A DNA stretch of 63,754 nucleotides, filler included, from Octopus bimaculoides (GCF_001194135.2; 3 parts of 3 records of this genome joined end to end with filler, not necessarily neighbours in it), one strand, 5' to 3'. Positions 13,033-27,434 are shown, counted from the first letter of the whole stretch. The notes: generated by a model not told the origin, from the letters alone. Made by a program: numbers and translations.

Positions 13033-13210
13033 CACAAAGCCAGATGCTTGTGGGAGGGATTAGTCCATGAAGTCACGCCAGCTCTTTAGTAGTTCGGACT
13101 TCATTTAATCGACACCAAGTAAATAAAAGGCACAACAGACCTCGGTGAAATTTAAACTCAGAGCGTATAAGCGATGTAAGAAAATACAGCCAGACATATT
13201 GTCCAGTACC
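13033..13210 (-). mobile_element. SINE family A, degenerate
   Basis: Reverse complement of the core (GACCTCGGTGAAATTTAAACTCAGAGCGTA). Confidence 0.55.
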
Positions 13211-13903
13211 TAAAATATTTTACTTACATTGCGTCAAACAGCAGTCTCGATTCAATACTATGGATACAGGTACAATGTTCTTAATCGTACCTCCGTTCTA
13301 TACAAGTGAAAATCTTTCAGCTGTCCACCATCCGGGGTCTAACTAATTTCCACAAGCTCAGACCTGTCAATATGCTTACAAAGATAAAATATATTCGACC
13401 AGTATTATTGTGGACAAATTATTTCTAAACACGACAAAAAGTTATGAGTGGAATGAGTTTGATAATAGGTCTGTAATGACTCCGTATCTGATTCTCTCAT
13501 TCTGTTAGTCATAAATGAAGGACAAATGTCTGAAAAGATAGACTCTACAACCCGCAAATCAGCGGAACGGTTTTAACCAAATTTTTTAATCATCTAACGG
13601 ATTAAGTAACGCGAATGATAGACTTGAGGTTTCAAAAGTGTCGTACTCATCCGGGGCTGAGGTCGAGTTTCAGAAAACTACAAGAACAGCAATAAAAACA
13701 AAATAATTTTAAATAAAAGACTCTCTTGGAAAGTTAATAAGGTCAGGTACAATGTAGTTTTCGTGTTTCCTGAATTCATATAATATGAGAGCAAAAAATT
13801 CCTGAGTTAAGAACTTGATTAATAGTGACAAGAAGGAAGAAAAGGAAGAAATGGAGATGAGAATTTATGACTGCGAAGTTCACGCACACAGATAGAGAGA
13901 TAG

Positions 13904-13953
<50 letters not shown>

Positions 13954-14146
13954 AAGAAAGAGAGAGAGGAGACATAGGTTATGTGTAACTAAATGTGCGC
14001 ATGAGTGTGTATTTGAACGTGTCATAGTATGAGAGAATGTGTGAGTTTCAATAAGGTAGAAAGGAGAGAAGTTGAGATAGAAATTAAAAAAAAAAACAAA
14101 ACAGGAACAACAGCAAAAGAGATAGAAGTGCTTGTATGTGTGTGTG

Positions 14147-14187
<41 letters not shown>

Positions 14188-14375
14188 TTGAATGTGGTAG
14201 AGAGAGATATAGAGAGAAGGGGGAGAGAAGGGGGAGAGAAGGAGAGAGAAGGAGATAGTGAGAACAAATGGTTTGTGTATATACGTATGTAACTATTTGA
14301 GAGACGAAATGAAAGAGTATTGGTGGTAGATTGTAAAAAGAAGAGAGAGAGAGAAATGAGATGTANNNNNNNNNN

Positions 14376-14429
<54 letters not shown>

Positions 14430-16403
14430 GCGCTCATAATACGTACTTACACATATACATGTATGCACCCACCCACACACATACTTACATACATACATAC
14501 ATTAGAGTGTCAGAAAAGAAAAAAACTCGACCAGAATGTATGTATAGATATAAATGTGTATATAGGAGAGAGAAAGAGGAAGACAGAATGAAAGGAGAGA
14601 AGAAAACAGTGATGAGGCCGAGTGCTTGGAGCCAGTTCATTATAGTCATTCAGTGAATCTAAATAGTGTTGTCCTTTAAACATAAGTAACAGAAGTATTG
14701 CTGAAACAGCAACCTATCTTATTGACTACTTTCGTTGGTGCACAAACCATTTAGAAAATACAATATCGCTGATTGTATCGGCTCTACTTAATGATAACAA
14801 CTCCTTTTATCTCTACCATGGTGAGTGAAGTACAACGTCGACCCAGCTGCGATTTCAAATATGGAAGCAGATAGAATAAATTAAATAGCAGATGCCATTT
14901 ATTTCGGTGCATAATCGTTTCTGCGGTTTAACGTCTGAGATTTTATAACCGTTGCGGCCTATATATATATATTTTTTGAAGTTTACTGCAGATTTGGTGT
15001 TCAAACATAGAAAAAATCTTTTGCTATAATATGCGTGGAAAATGTGTGTGTGTATGTGTGTGTGGGTGGTGTGGGGTGGGAGTGTTTGTGTGCATGTGTG
15101 TGTGTAAAAAAGGAGAGAGAAATACATATACATTGACTTCTGTAAAAAGGATGGAGAAACACATATACATTGACTTCTGTTTAAAGATATAATAATAAAT
15201 TGTTAGAATCGATTGTGTGAAAATTAAAGCTTTGCAATATCTGTGCTGGATCATCAAGTACAATATTACTATTCAACCATCCAGGTTTCATAACATAAAA
15301 TACCAGCTACGTATGGGGCTCGATTTAATTGATTATTCTCTTCACTCAGTTACATTTCCTTGTAAACAGTTCAGAAATTATTTAGTGCAAAATGACAGGA
15401 TTCTCACGAATGATACTGACATCACAAAATGATCGAAAGTATTTACAATTTTATAAGATTAACTGGTAAACAATTACAATCAGTCCTTTCTTGCTATACT
15501 TTATTCTATTCTTGGTAACATCTTTGCTGCTCTGAAACAAAATGAAACAATTGGTTGTTTGTCATAGAAACAGTGACACGTGAAGCGTGTCACTGTTTCA
15601 TGAATGACTCGTTAAACTTGAATGTTGCTTGTTTTGACTACATTGGTTGGCACAGCAACCGTTTGCAGTGATGAGCAGCGGCTATATTAGTTACATAAAA
15701 ACAACATCTAATCCTGAGTTAATCTCTGCATTGTATTCCCAGTATGAATAAATGCAGACGCTGCCGAGTGGGAAAGTTCTATTCGCCCTCAAGAAAACTC
15801 AGTTTGTCATCTGCGATGTGTACCTTTTATAAAGGAATCGTGTCGGCACAAGGCTTTTTGGGTGACATTGCAGGTGATGAGGAAATTATGTGGAAATCCA
15901 TTAAGCGTAGTGTCTCTCTAATTTAACAGTCTACACAAACTCTCTCACAAACACCCGTGCGCACACACATGTATACATGTGTGTGTGTGTATGTGTGTGC
16001 GTGTGTGTGCGTGTGTGTGTGTGTGTGTGTATGAACACACATACAAGCATATATACACTGGGGCCAGTGTTAGGCAAAAGACAGTCCAAAATACTGAGCA
16101 AAGGAAAAGAAATGGAAACCTCGTTAGAAAGAGAACATTTAAACATGCATTCATACCAGCGCTGATGTACGTGTGTGTGTGTATATATGTAACACATACA
16201 TACATACATACATACATACATACATACACACACACATATACATATTGCACATTGGCATATATGTGTTTACACACGGTCAAACTTATATTTAGAAAGCGAA
16301 GGAAAAAGGAGAAGGATGTCTATGCATACATACAGCTATTCTATTTCAATGCTTGCATATGAAAGTGTATATGTTTTTAAGTATGTGTGTATGTGTGTGT
16401 ATC

Positions 16404-16438
<35 letters not shown>

Positions 16439-16567
16439 CAGTGTGTGTGTGTGTGTAAGCGTGAGTGATTGTGTTTATTTACTTGCGAACTTCCACGGAG
16501 TTCGTTGCATATAAATACGGGAAGTGTAAATCTGTGAGCGTCTGTGTATATAGGTGTGTATAGGTGC

Positions 16568-16610
<43 letters not shown>

Positions 16611-17602
16611 NNNNNNNNNNNNNNNNNNNNNNNNNNNNNNNNNNNNNNNNNNNNNNNNNNNNNNNNNNNNNNNNNNNNNNNNNNNNNNNNNNNNNNNNNN
16701 NNNNNNNNNNNNNNNNNNNNNNNNNNNNNNNNNNNNNNNNNNNNNNNNNNNNNNNNNNNNNNNNNNNNNNNTATATAGGTGTATCTGTCTGAAATCATTG
16801 GTGAGTTCATGTATTATTTATATTTGTCTTTTCAAAAGAGAAGCCAAATAATTCAGTTCTGTTAATTCATCTTGAAACTCTCACCATTCACAGCTTCTAA
16901 ATCATTGAAAAGTTTTTCATTTCTTCAGCTTGGCAACAAATCTTTTTTTTCATTTTCTCCCATTTCTCTCTAACAGACTCTCTTGTCCTTTCTATACAAT
17001 TTAATTTCTACACTGGTCATTTCTTTATCTTTTACAAATTTTTACATTTTCTTCTTGTTTCGAAGAACTTTATTTTAAAATAGCATCTGTTTTTTTCTTA
17101 AATATTTGTTTATCCACTTCCGACTCTGTTAAACTTTTTGTCGGCTGTGGTCAGTGCTAGTTTAGCTGTAGGTCAATCATAAACTGTCACACTTATAGAC
17201 AAAATTGTTCTATTGTTAGTGGCTTCACTGACTATATTTCATAATGTAACACGTAAATGAAAGGCGACTTGGCTGATATTTCTAGCAGGATTATCAACAA
17301 CGTACAGGTTCCCTTGCATTGTTACCTCTATTCTGTTTTTAGTTACTATACTGCAGTGGTTCCTAGAGACTCCCTCCACTCACGACCACAATCATAGATC
17401 AGTTTCTGCTGCAAATTCAAAACAATTCTATTTCACCAATAAAACTTTACCTAATTAACCCATCATTTTGTTATTGGTACATCCGTCGATCCTTTTAGGC
17501 CACCCTATTATCGGTCCCACCGTTCTTATTGACTATGTTGACACAAGTATTACTGATCCTAGTGAATGTGATATTTGTGACGGTAGTAGGTTTGTTGCCA
17601 GC

Positions 17603-17806
17603 CTGGCAGAATCATTAGCACGCCGGGCGAAATGCTTAGCGGTATTTCATCTGTCTCAACGCTCTGAGTTCAAATGTCACCGGGATCGACTTTGCCTTTC
17701 ATCCTTTCGGGCTCGATAAATAAAGTACCGGTGAAACATTGGGGGCGATACAATCGACTTAGCCCCTTACCCAAAATTTCAGGCCTTGTGCTTATAGCAG
17801 AAAGGA
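17603..17806 (+). mobile_element. tRNA-derived SINE family A
   Basis: CTGGCAGAATCATTAGCACGCCGGGCGAAATGCTTAGCGGTATTTC..GAGTTCAAAT; octopus SINE-like (exact OK/OR1/OR2 name not assigned). Confidence 0.85.
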
Positions 17807-18167
17807 ATAAATAGGAATATGGACATTGATGTGTCTGTTGAAATATTGTCTGTATTTGATATAATTATTGTAGCATTAATGCAATCGATTTATAACATCG
17901 TTTGAACACAGATATACCCTGCATTTTACTCTGGCACTTTGCATTCTGAGTTCAAATCCCACCGAGATTGTCTTAGCCCTACACTCTTGAGGAGTTTCGC
18001 TAAGTTAAGAAAATAAATAGCAGCCACTTCTGGGTGTCGTTCCACCCACTCTCCTTTCTTTCGTTCTTGCTAATCCTTGACCCAAACAGCTACTTCCCTT
18101 TCATTCTATCATGCTGGGAAAATGTTTTGATTGATGTTCGAGATTAAGAACTTCAGTTGTTGACTAT

Positions 18168-18191
18168 AATGACGACGACGACGACGACGAC

Positions 18192-18237
<46 letters not shown>

Positions 18238-18270
18238 TTGTTGATGATGCTGATGATGAGGAGGAGGGGG
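18168..18270. repeat. (ACG)n(ATG)n(AGG)n trinucleotide microsatellite
   Basis: Direct inspection. Confidence 0.95.
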
Positions 18271-18289
18271 AGGATGTTAAACATCAAAA

Positions 18290-18592
18290 TAGGTGGTATC
18301 AAAAAGGTTCCGGAATGTTTAGGTCTAATAAAAAATAACTTATTTACCTAATTTTTAACATCCTCTCCTTCGAAATAGTCACCTTGCTCAGCAATAAATT
18401 GGTTCCAGCGTTCCTGCCACGTTGGAATCCGGACTGGTAGTCGTTTTTCGTTGGCGAGTCGTGGACCTTCTGCGATTCGTTTTGGATCTCGATAACGGAG
18501 TACAAACGAAGATCTTTGAGCTGCCTTTTCATCTTGGAGAAGAAACAGAAGTCTGCAGGTGCCACATCTGGTGAACAGGGCGCGTGCAGAGC
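18290..18592 (-). mobile_element. mariner (DD34D) transposon 3' end: transposase C-terminus plus TIR
   Basis: HAPCSPDVAPADFCFFSKMKRQLK..WQERWNQFIAEQGDYFEG (YSPDLAPxDF and GDYFEG motifs) with one frameshift; TIR-like AGGTGGTATCAAAAAGGTTCCGGAA at 18291-18315. Confidence 0.92.
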
Positions 18593-21004
18593 GATACCTT
18601 TTCTCACCTCTCTCCTTAACAGTTTTCTTTCTGCCTCTCCCCCTCTTTCCCCCATATTTCTTTATTTCTATCTCTTGTTGCTCACACGTGGCCATCGTCC
18701 ATCTTTCTTTTCCTCACGTGACCTTCTTGCTTTTCCTGCACAGACGTTCAAAAGAGCGGACCTGTTTTTTTGCTCTCTTCTATCTTTTCTGTTTTCAAAA
18801 AATGTTTCTCCCAGCGTTCATTATTTTCCTCTCGTTATTGTCTAACAACCCTCCATGTTCATTTTCGTTAGGTTTTCTTGCATGCCCTGCTTTTGTTCCA
18901 AACTTTGACCCTCCATAAATCCTAAATGTATTTTAGAATTTATGGGAGCATCTGTCTTTGAAGACTTATATTGTCGTTGAATGCTCGAAATGAGGAGTAG
19001 ATAGACAGCCGACAACTGATGAAGCGTCCTTTCTCTGAGTTTTCTTGTCATGTTTTCAATTATTTCTTGTTGTTTACGTGTTTAACTGTTTTTAAATGTT
19101 ATTTGCACCTTAGGTGACGTCCTGTAATTATTTATTATTTTAATTGAATGCGATGCATTCATTTCCAAGTATGNNNNNNNNNNNNNNNNNNNNNNNNNNN
19201 NNNNNNNNNNNNNNNNNNNNNNNNNNNNNNNNNNNNNNNNNNNNNNNNNNNNNNNNNNNNNNNNNNNNNNNNNNNNNNNNNNNNNNNNNNNNNNNNNNNN
19301 NNNNNNNNNNNNNNNNNNNNNNNNNNNNNNNNNNNNNNNNNNNNNNNNNNNNNNNNNNNNNNNNNNNNNNNNNNNNNNNNNNNNNNNNNNNNNNNNNNNN
19401 NNNNNNNNNNNNNNNNNNNNNNNNNNNNNNNNNNNNNNNNNNNNNNNNNNNNNNNNNNNNNNNNNNNNNNNNNNNNNNNNNNNNNNNNNNNNNNNNNNNN
19501 NNNNNNNNNNNNNNNNNNNNNNNNNNNNNNNNNNNNNNNNNNNNNNNNNNNNNNNNNNNNNNNNNNNNNNNNNNNNNNNNNNNNNNNNNNNNNNNNNNNN
19601 NNNNNNNNNNNNNNNNNNNNNNNNNNNNNNNNNNNNNNNNNNNNNNNNNNNNNNNNNNNNNNNNNNNNNNNNNNNNNNNNATATATATATATATATACAG
19701 GTAACGTCTTTTCTTTTAGACACGTATTGAAAATGCAACTTTTTGTTTTCTTTTATACTCTATGTATTTTTTTTATTTCAGATTTCCCTATGGATTCCTG
19801 GAAGATTGTTTGGAACAATAAATTTCCAAAATCCATCATCAATATTTTAAAGTTTCATCTTGAACAATAACAGTCAATGCAAATATTCTGTTGACCCCTC
19901 ACAAATTATTATTTTAGACATAGCCTTGCATAACTCAGTTGTTAGAGTGTAGGGAAATGTGCGCACGGGCGAAATGTCAGCTGGGATAAAAACAAAATCA
20001 AAAACAAAAGAAAACGATATATCATTACATCACTGGAAAGTTATATCGAAGAGATAACTAATGTCGATTATCTTGTCACATCAACAAGGCCAATGACATA
20101 CTGCTGATAGGAGAAATATTGCCTACTTCAGATAAACTACTTGTTGCTCCAGAAAAGACAATAAAGGACAGATACAAGATTTTGTTTTACACATATAACT
20201 TTAAATTGATTTCGATTGTCTTTATTGACATTTATTTCAAATTTGTTTTATTCGATAACCTAAATCAGAGAAGTTTACTATAGATTTTTTGTGAATAGTT
20301 TTGATACTGGTGTAGAACCTATGTGGTTACTCTTTGTAACGAGTATTTCAGCTGTAAGCATAGTATAGTAGTTAGGATCCGTGGTGTGGTGGTGTGCAAC
20401 AGAGAAATTGTCTGCTGTTGGTGGCGGTGGTGGCACTGGCCCTGCAGCTGCAGTTGATGGTGCTGTTGCTGTTGTTTTATCAGCAGCTCATTTGTTGGCG
20501 CGAAGCCCTATGACTAAATGCTTTCCAGGCCTCAGCCAATCTATCTTTCTCCGGCATTGTGTATCTAGGACTACGGTATTCAAGTTTCTTCCCCTTTTTA
20601 TAAACAATGTTAGGAAATTTCCTCCACAGCTTAGCTGGTTTAGTGAGCAGCAAAGGATTCTTTCGTTTGTTCGAAACATGAGGTTGATATAAGAATGCAT
20701 TAGATGTAGAATTACATATGTTATAAAGGCGCAGCAGCGTTCAAGAGTTCACTTCGTAATGATGGCGTCACCTAGAATTATGGGCTTTGACTTCTACGTT
20801 GTGAAATCATCGACGCTGGATATAAACTACTTCAACGAGTAACCCTTGGGGGAAGGTACGTTTTATGGGGGTGGGTGTTAATTTCAGTTTGCAGGCTTGC
20901 TATACATAGAGTTTGCATAAATTTTAGTTAATCTATTTTTTTTAATTATGCAGAGAACTGGAAAATTTTGATGCTGTCAACTTAATATTTACCACCCGAT
21001 TTTG

Positions 21005-21059
<55 letters not shown>

Positions 21060-21190
21060 NNNNNNNNNNNNNNNNNNNNNNNNNNNNNNNNNNNNNNNNN
21101 NNNNNNNNNNNNNNNNNNNNNNNNNNNNNNNNNNNNNNNNNNNNNNNNNNNNNNNNNNNNNNNNNNNNNNNNNNNNNNNNNNNNNNNNNN

Positions 21191-21226
<36 letters not shown>

Positions 21227-21814
21227 GCACACACACACACACATCAGGGTACAAAGACAATAGGCGAGAAGATGTAAGAGAGAATTGATGCAAAAGAAAG
21301 AGGAAGAAAGTAAGCGAAAGAGAGGGAAAACTGAGTGCGTTCATGTATTTAAAGAGAGAACGAGTGAGTGTGTGTTTGATGAAGGAGCAATAAGAAGAAA
21401 AACAGAAAAAGAAATTTGAGAGAAAGAAAAGGTAACTGTTTAACTGTAGAGTTTATTTGCTAATATTGGTTGTTGTTGTTGTTATTCATGTGATGTAATA
21501 TTAATGTTATTGTCATTTTAACTTGACTTCAGAAAATCAAAGAGATTCCCTTTCTTTTCATGAAAAAGTAATTCTTTATATTTTTTCTTTTATTTTTCAG
21601 CCGATATTCCCCTCTCCCTTGAGATGTAAATGTTGATATTTTATCGAGTATTTCGTGTTGTCTCGTTATGAAACCAACCAAACAACTCGTGTATCTGCTT
21701 CGATTACGGCATCCCAAATGTGATAACATAAAAAAACATCAAATAATACAGCTCCAAGATATGAAGTCACCAGAAATGATTATTGCGTCATGCTGGATGC
21801 CTGCAGAGTTTTTA

Positions 21815-21872
<58 letters not shown>

Positions 21873-24092
21873 TACGTACATACACACACATACATATCTA
21901 TGCATATATCTGCATGTATGTGTGTATACACTCAATTGTTGGTAGTAGTGTATCCTTATGTCTGAATATATTTTATGATTCTCCATTATAGTTCCTTTGT
22001 TGAATGTATACGACTTGAGACGTAACCTCATATTCTATTCTGCCAACTGCCGGGTGAGCTGCCACTGAAGTTAGTCAATTGTCACATGTTTAACATTTCT
22101 GCAAACCTGTCAAAATTTTGGTCGTTTACAAGAGACGCGATTCAAGGTTAGAAGCACTGCACCGAACTACAATAGTACAAATGGACGTTGACATAGGACG
22201 GATTTGATCACACAAAGCAAAGAGTCGCATTGAACACCATAGGGCGTTTTATTAGACGATCTAACGCCTCTGCCAGCCCTACGTCATTCAGTGTCAGGTC
22301 GATAAAATTGAAATGCAAAGACATGAGATCAGTTCTTCTATTACCATCCAAGTCTACAAGATAAACTTGTCTTAACACTGAAATACCAAACCTCTTGCAT
22401 AAACTGAATTGTGTCTTTCCGAATTCTTCAATCGGCTATGGGTTTCCCCCGCTCATGATAAACCATACATGTGTATAATGACATCTCTACGCGCAAGCAT
22501 TCACAAGATATTTGTAAAAGAGCTGGTGATTGCCCAGGCTTACAAGTAATCTGTCTCCCCGATACTGATGTTGTTCAAGAAACTCATCCCCCATCACTTT
22601 ACAGTCCAAATAGTTTACCACCAATGTAAAAAATAGTAGGGGCATTACTATCACCATGCAAAGAACCGGCGGATCATTTCCCACGACGCATCTCGTTTGG
22701 TTCCTTTAAAATTCATCGCTCTGGATTGGTACTATTCTCACAACAGGCGAAGGATGTGATGTTGAAATGCTGTCCACATCTGCTCTAGCTCGAATAGCCT
22801 ACGACTATTGTATCTATTACGTCTATTATAGTTCACCAAAGCTAATTATCTCCCTTGGATAGCCGTTGGGATTAATGGCAGGCTGATTGTCTTCACGATT
22901 CTAAATTTCTACCGGACATTGACTTAGGACAGCGATCTGTTCCAGAAGCAATTTGAACTTTTCTCGACAAGAAAGCCATTACCAGGCTTTTATTACTCCA
23001 TATATTGTAGCTAGACCTCCAATAAGGGATGCTGGGACTTAAGTCTCCCTACTAGTCACCGTTCATATATTGGAGATCTGATGTTTGAGTGTGAGTGTGT
23101 GAGAGCGTGAATCTTTTTTGGTCATGTTTCTCTCACCCCTCTTGACAACCAGTGTTCCTTTGTCCCCAGTAGATCACAGTTCGCCAAAAAGAGACTGATA
23201 GTAAAGTAGCATACCTAACTAAATGCGGGGATAAACTTTAAGTCGTCACGAACAGCAAATTTATTCCACCTAATTACAGAATCTAAGACAGATTTAGTTG
23301 ATGTCTATATGAACTTAATTATGCAATTGAAAATTTCTTGACTGACTACGTTAGACTCGTTAGTGTGCACTTAGCTGCTAATTTTCCATGTTGACGGTGT
23401 CACAACGTATGTGAAATTGTTGTTTCTGCTAAATATATTGCCTAACATGACAGTTTCAAACGTCTTTGTTTAGAAATAAAAAAAGAAGACAGTTTAACGG
23501 ACGGCAACAAAGCAAATTACATCAGAATTAACAACAACAATCATCACAAACACTACAAGAAACAATACTTGTTGATGAAGGATAGTGAAAACAATAGCAT
23601 GTGGCCTCTATTAAAGTCCAACAGCTGGTTTGACAATATCGCAAGAGATGTAAATAGCAGTTGGCCGAGTCAAACTTAAAACTGAAGAATGTAACAAAGA
23701 CAGACGCCGCATGAAGAACAAAAGAATAAGAAGATGAGAAAGGAATGAAAAGAAAGAATAAAATTTGGAATAAGAACGATTTTATGAGAAAGGAGAGAAA
23801 TGAAAGAAGGAAAAAACTTAGAAAGGTGGAGAAGGAATAAAACAGGAGAAAGAAAATTTGAGGTGGAAACATGAAAGAAAAGAAAATTTAATGGATAGGG
23901 AAAATGAAAGATAGAAAGAAGGAAGATGTGAATGAAAGGTAGAAGAGAGACACCAAACAAGAAATTAAGGAGAGAAAATTAAAAAATGAAAAATATGGAA
24001 ATTACAAAGAAAAAACCAATTAAAGAGTAAATAAAGGAAAACACTCATAGAGAAATATAAAGACAGAGTAAAAATATTAAATTAGGAGAGCA

Positions 24093-24124
<32 letters not shown>

Positions 24125-24786
24125 ACACACGTATGCACACACACACACACACGCACACACACACACATTTCTGTATTCTACCTTTTATAACTTGGGTTCG
24201 TTGAAAGATGCTGTATAACATAATGATATAAAGCAAAAGAAAAAATCTTAATTTCCTTCAACAGAAATTTCATTATTTCCTATAATTTTCTGTAGATAAA
24301 CGTAGAAATCTCCTTTATGCGAATAAATAAAATATCTTTATTTTTCACATGACAACTCGCTCACCTCATCCACCCTCATTTCATTCTATTTTGCCCTCAG
24401 CTTCTACCCAAAATGCTACTAAAATACATTTTCTCCTTAATAATATCTCTGGTTGGCTTAGAATACTTTCAAGAAAATCCATTATGTCCCGTAATGATGG
24501 GGGAAAGAATGAGTATATGTGGCGTCAATTTCTTTCCTCAGGCCTGCACAAATATGTAGAGAGTGAAAATATATTTCATCAACGTTTTGGCCAGGCACAA
24601 AACCATTTATGCTGTGGTTTTCATGCCTTCACAAAGGAAAATATATCAATTTCAACGAAATAAAATGAAATTGTATCACTTTTCATATTGTAGCTACTGG
24701 GCAACGGCGTTATTTGTTATGGGATACCAACCGGTCAGTTACTGGCTCAGAGCATTTGTACATAAATACATACGTACATACATATA

Positions 24787-26105
24787 TGATTGGACGCTTG
24801 ATGAGATCCGAGCCATTAATCTGAAAACCCGGAAGTTATTAACAAGCACACATAATTTCCTCAACAACAGAGATGTACACCGCCTCTACCTAACATGAAA
24901 ACCAGGCGGTAGAGACTTAACATTGACCCAAACTGCCTTTGAATGTCATATCCTATCCGTTTGGCAACAGGTTTGCATACATGAGACTAATATCATCATA
25001 AAATTTGGAGGCAGCTCCTTGAGCAGCATTCCTTATTTGATAACCTTAAATACATGCCCAAAGAAGTCACACGACTCTACCGTGTATATCAGCCGGAAGC
25101 CAGGCACATATTTGTTAGTAGAAAGATCCGAGATGATAGTTACATTGCCCATCAAAGCAGTCTATCACGGACCAACAACCTGATTAGTACCTCCCACATT
25201 GAAGGGTATGCGTTTGTAGTCCAGGAACAGGAAATATCAGCCAAATACTTGATGCAAAAAAGGAACAGAGATACAAGAAAAGCATCAAAATGTGGCTACC
25301 AATGCAGACTTTGTGGAGTTAGCACCGAAGATATCACCCACATCATAAACGGTTGTCCGAAAACGTCCTCACAGCATTATCTCTCGAGGAAACATGACGT
25401 TGCAGCTAGGATACTGTATAATGAAATTCGTCAGAAGGATAACCCCGAGGACAAAGAAATAATAACTCACAGTATCGTAGAAGCCATGGCCATTTACAAT
25501 AAATAGGAGCACAGGTGGAACGTCCCAGTGAAAACCTCAATAAAATGTAAACAAAACAGACCTAACATAATGATTTGGGCTGAGAAGAGAAACTGTATAC
25601 AGTTGTAGAAAGAAGCTGCCCAGAGTATGTTAACTTAAAGTAAAGATCAGCGAAAAAGAAAATACCTACGCTGAACTATTGAGTATTCTACAGAGGCTGT
25701 ATCCAGATTACACGTTCTGGTTTATACATGCAATTATTGGGGTACTGGGATATGTAACACACTGCCGCATTACCAATCTTGAGTAATTAAGTTTCCTAGA
25801 AGAAGAAAGGACAAGACTCATTCGAAGGTTATTGATTCACTCCATCACTGGAACTGTAAAAGTTTGTAAACATTTCCAGAAGTTTATCATTTAACTATAT
25901 ATAAGCATGTCTAGATAAGCAACTATATGCATGGAAATGCATACATAGAACAAACTATACAAATCTGCATATATACATACGTACAAAAATACCCTGTTGA
26001 TTTTGTTGAAACTCTAATGAAGGAGCATTAGATCTAGGTTTCAAACTGACCCTTTTTCTATTGGCAAGAAATTTTGAAATGAAACTGAATAATGACATAA
26101 TCACA
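24787..26105 (+). mobile_element. R4/Dong-like LINE, 5'-truncated 3' portion (post-RT, zinc knuckle, RLE, 3' UTR)
   Basis: DWTLDEIRAINLKTRKLLTSTHNFLNNRDVHRLYL; QEQEISAKYL..CRLCGVSTEDITHIINGC..HYLSRKHDVAARILYNEI; NRPNIMIW (PD-like RLE motif); 3' UTR runs into (CA)n. Confidence 0.93.
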
Positions 26106-26110
26106 TACAT

Positions 26111-26161
<51 letters not shown>

Positions 26162-26559
26162 TATTAATTTAATCTCGGTAATAACCGTATAGTGTGCTCT
26201 CCAAAGCTTGTCTCCGGGTATTTGCTACCAAATTTTATCTCCTATTTCTGGGAATACATAAGGAAATCCACAAATATCTTCAGGGTATAAAGAAAAAATT
26301 GTATAAGAGAAGCTAGATTGAGCAAGCTTTATTACAACTCACTACAATTGTTTCAACTCATTAGTGCTTTGACGCTGACCACTCGAGGACGAGCATGCAT
26401 ATAGCCATTGATGAATGATATTAATACAATATTGTGTAATATGTAACATTCAATAATTAATAGCTGATAATGCTGCGATGAAACTATCCAAGTGATTCGC
26501 AATAAGCACCATTCAAACCATCTCGTATTATATATTTATTTCACCTTTCAATTTATATA

Positions 26560-26647
<88 letters not shown>

Positions 26648-26669
26648 GTATGTATGCATGTATGTGAAT

Positions 26670-26769
26670 NNNNNNNNNNNNNNNNNNNNNNNNNNNNNNN
26701 NNNNNNNNNNNNNTTAATTAATTAANNNNNNNNNNNNNNNNNNNNNNNNNNNNNNNNNNNNNNNNNNNN
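26670..26769. other. Artificial 100-bp scaffold spacer (44 N + TTAATTAATTAA + 44 N)
   Basis: Exactly symmetric N-runs around a six-frame stop linker; identical construct at 55503-55602. Confidence 0.95.
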
Positions 26770-27012
26770 AAAATTATGTTTCTCGACATTTTTCAAATGT
26801 CAAGAAGGAAATTTTTGTATTTTGCTAGGGCCGAAACTGCCCCTGGGGGTCAATTCCTGCCCTTGAAAATACACACAAATGAAGCCTAGGTGCTTCGCAA
26901 CAAAATTATTAAAAAATTCCAACAAAATGTGGACAATAAAAGGTCAAATAAACGTTTACCTTCGCAGCCGATGTGACAGCACGTCCGTGAGAAGAGATAG
27001 ATATATATATAT

Positions 27013-27074
<62 letters not shown>
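26770..27074 (-). repeat. Unclassified repeat beginning in (TCTA)n and truncated by a scaffold join
   Basis: Homologous to 55358-55502 (ACGGA..CATCGGCT..GTAA..TTGRCCTTTTA). Confidence 0.55.
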
Positions 27075-27075
<1 letters not shown>

Positions 27076-27434
27076 TGAATTAGGACTGACAGAGAAAAGA
27101 GAAACACAAGGGAATGAGAAAGAAAGACAAGTTGAGAGATAGAGAAAGTGGGTGACAGATGAACCTATTGAGAGAGATGTAAAGCCCCATTTATTTGCAG
27201 ATACTCTGAAGCTGGTTAAGATTAATGCAAATGCTGTTTAGTTTGAAAGTTTGTACCTTGAGATATTCTGGAAAGCTTTTCTGGCACAGTAGTTTTGTGG
27301 TTTTGTGATATGATACTGGTTTGTAAGTCTGAATGGCGGAATCACACAGGTTAAAATGTTATACGATAGCCGATCAAATATATTTGTGTATTATCAAAGA
27401 AATGCTGAGTATAGTTACCGTCATTTTAACCAAA

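Noticed and set aside
15108-15181. ~37-bp tandem duplication (also short duplications at about 7290-7325 and 44762-44822)
   Set aside because: Ordinary local slippage duplications with no further structure.
19010-19040. CTGATGAAG motif (also CTGATGA at about 12008, 31348 and 53926)
   Set aside because: No downstream helix II-GAAA arrangement.
22480-23070. GC-richer stretch with coding-like look
   Set aside because: All frames are interrupted and no recognisable domain; probably an old unclassified repeat.
26714-26725. TTAATTAATTAA island inside N-runs (also 55547-55558)
   Set aside because: Artificial six-frame stop linker inserted during scaffolding; not biological.
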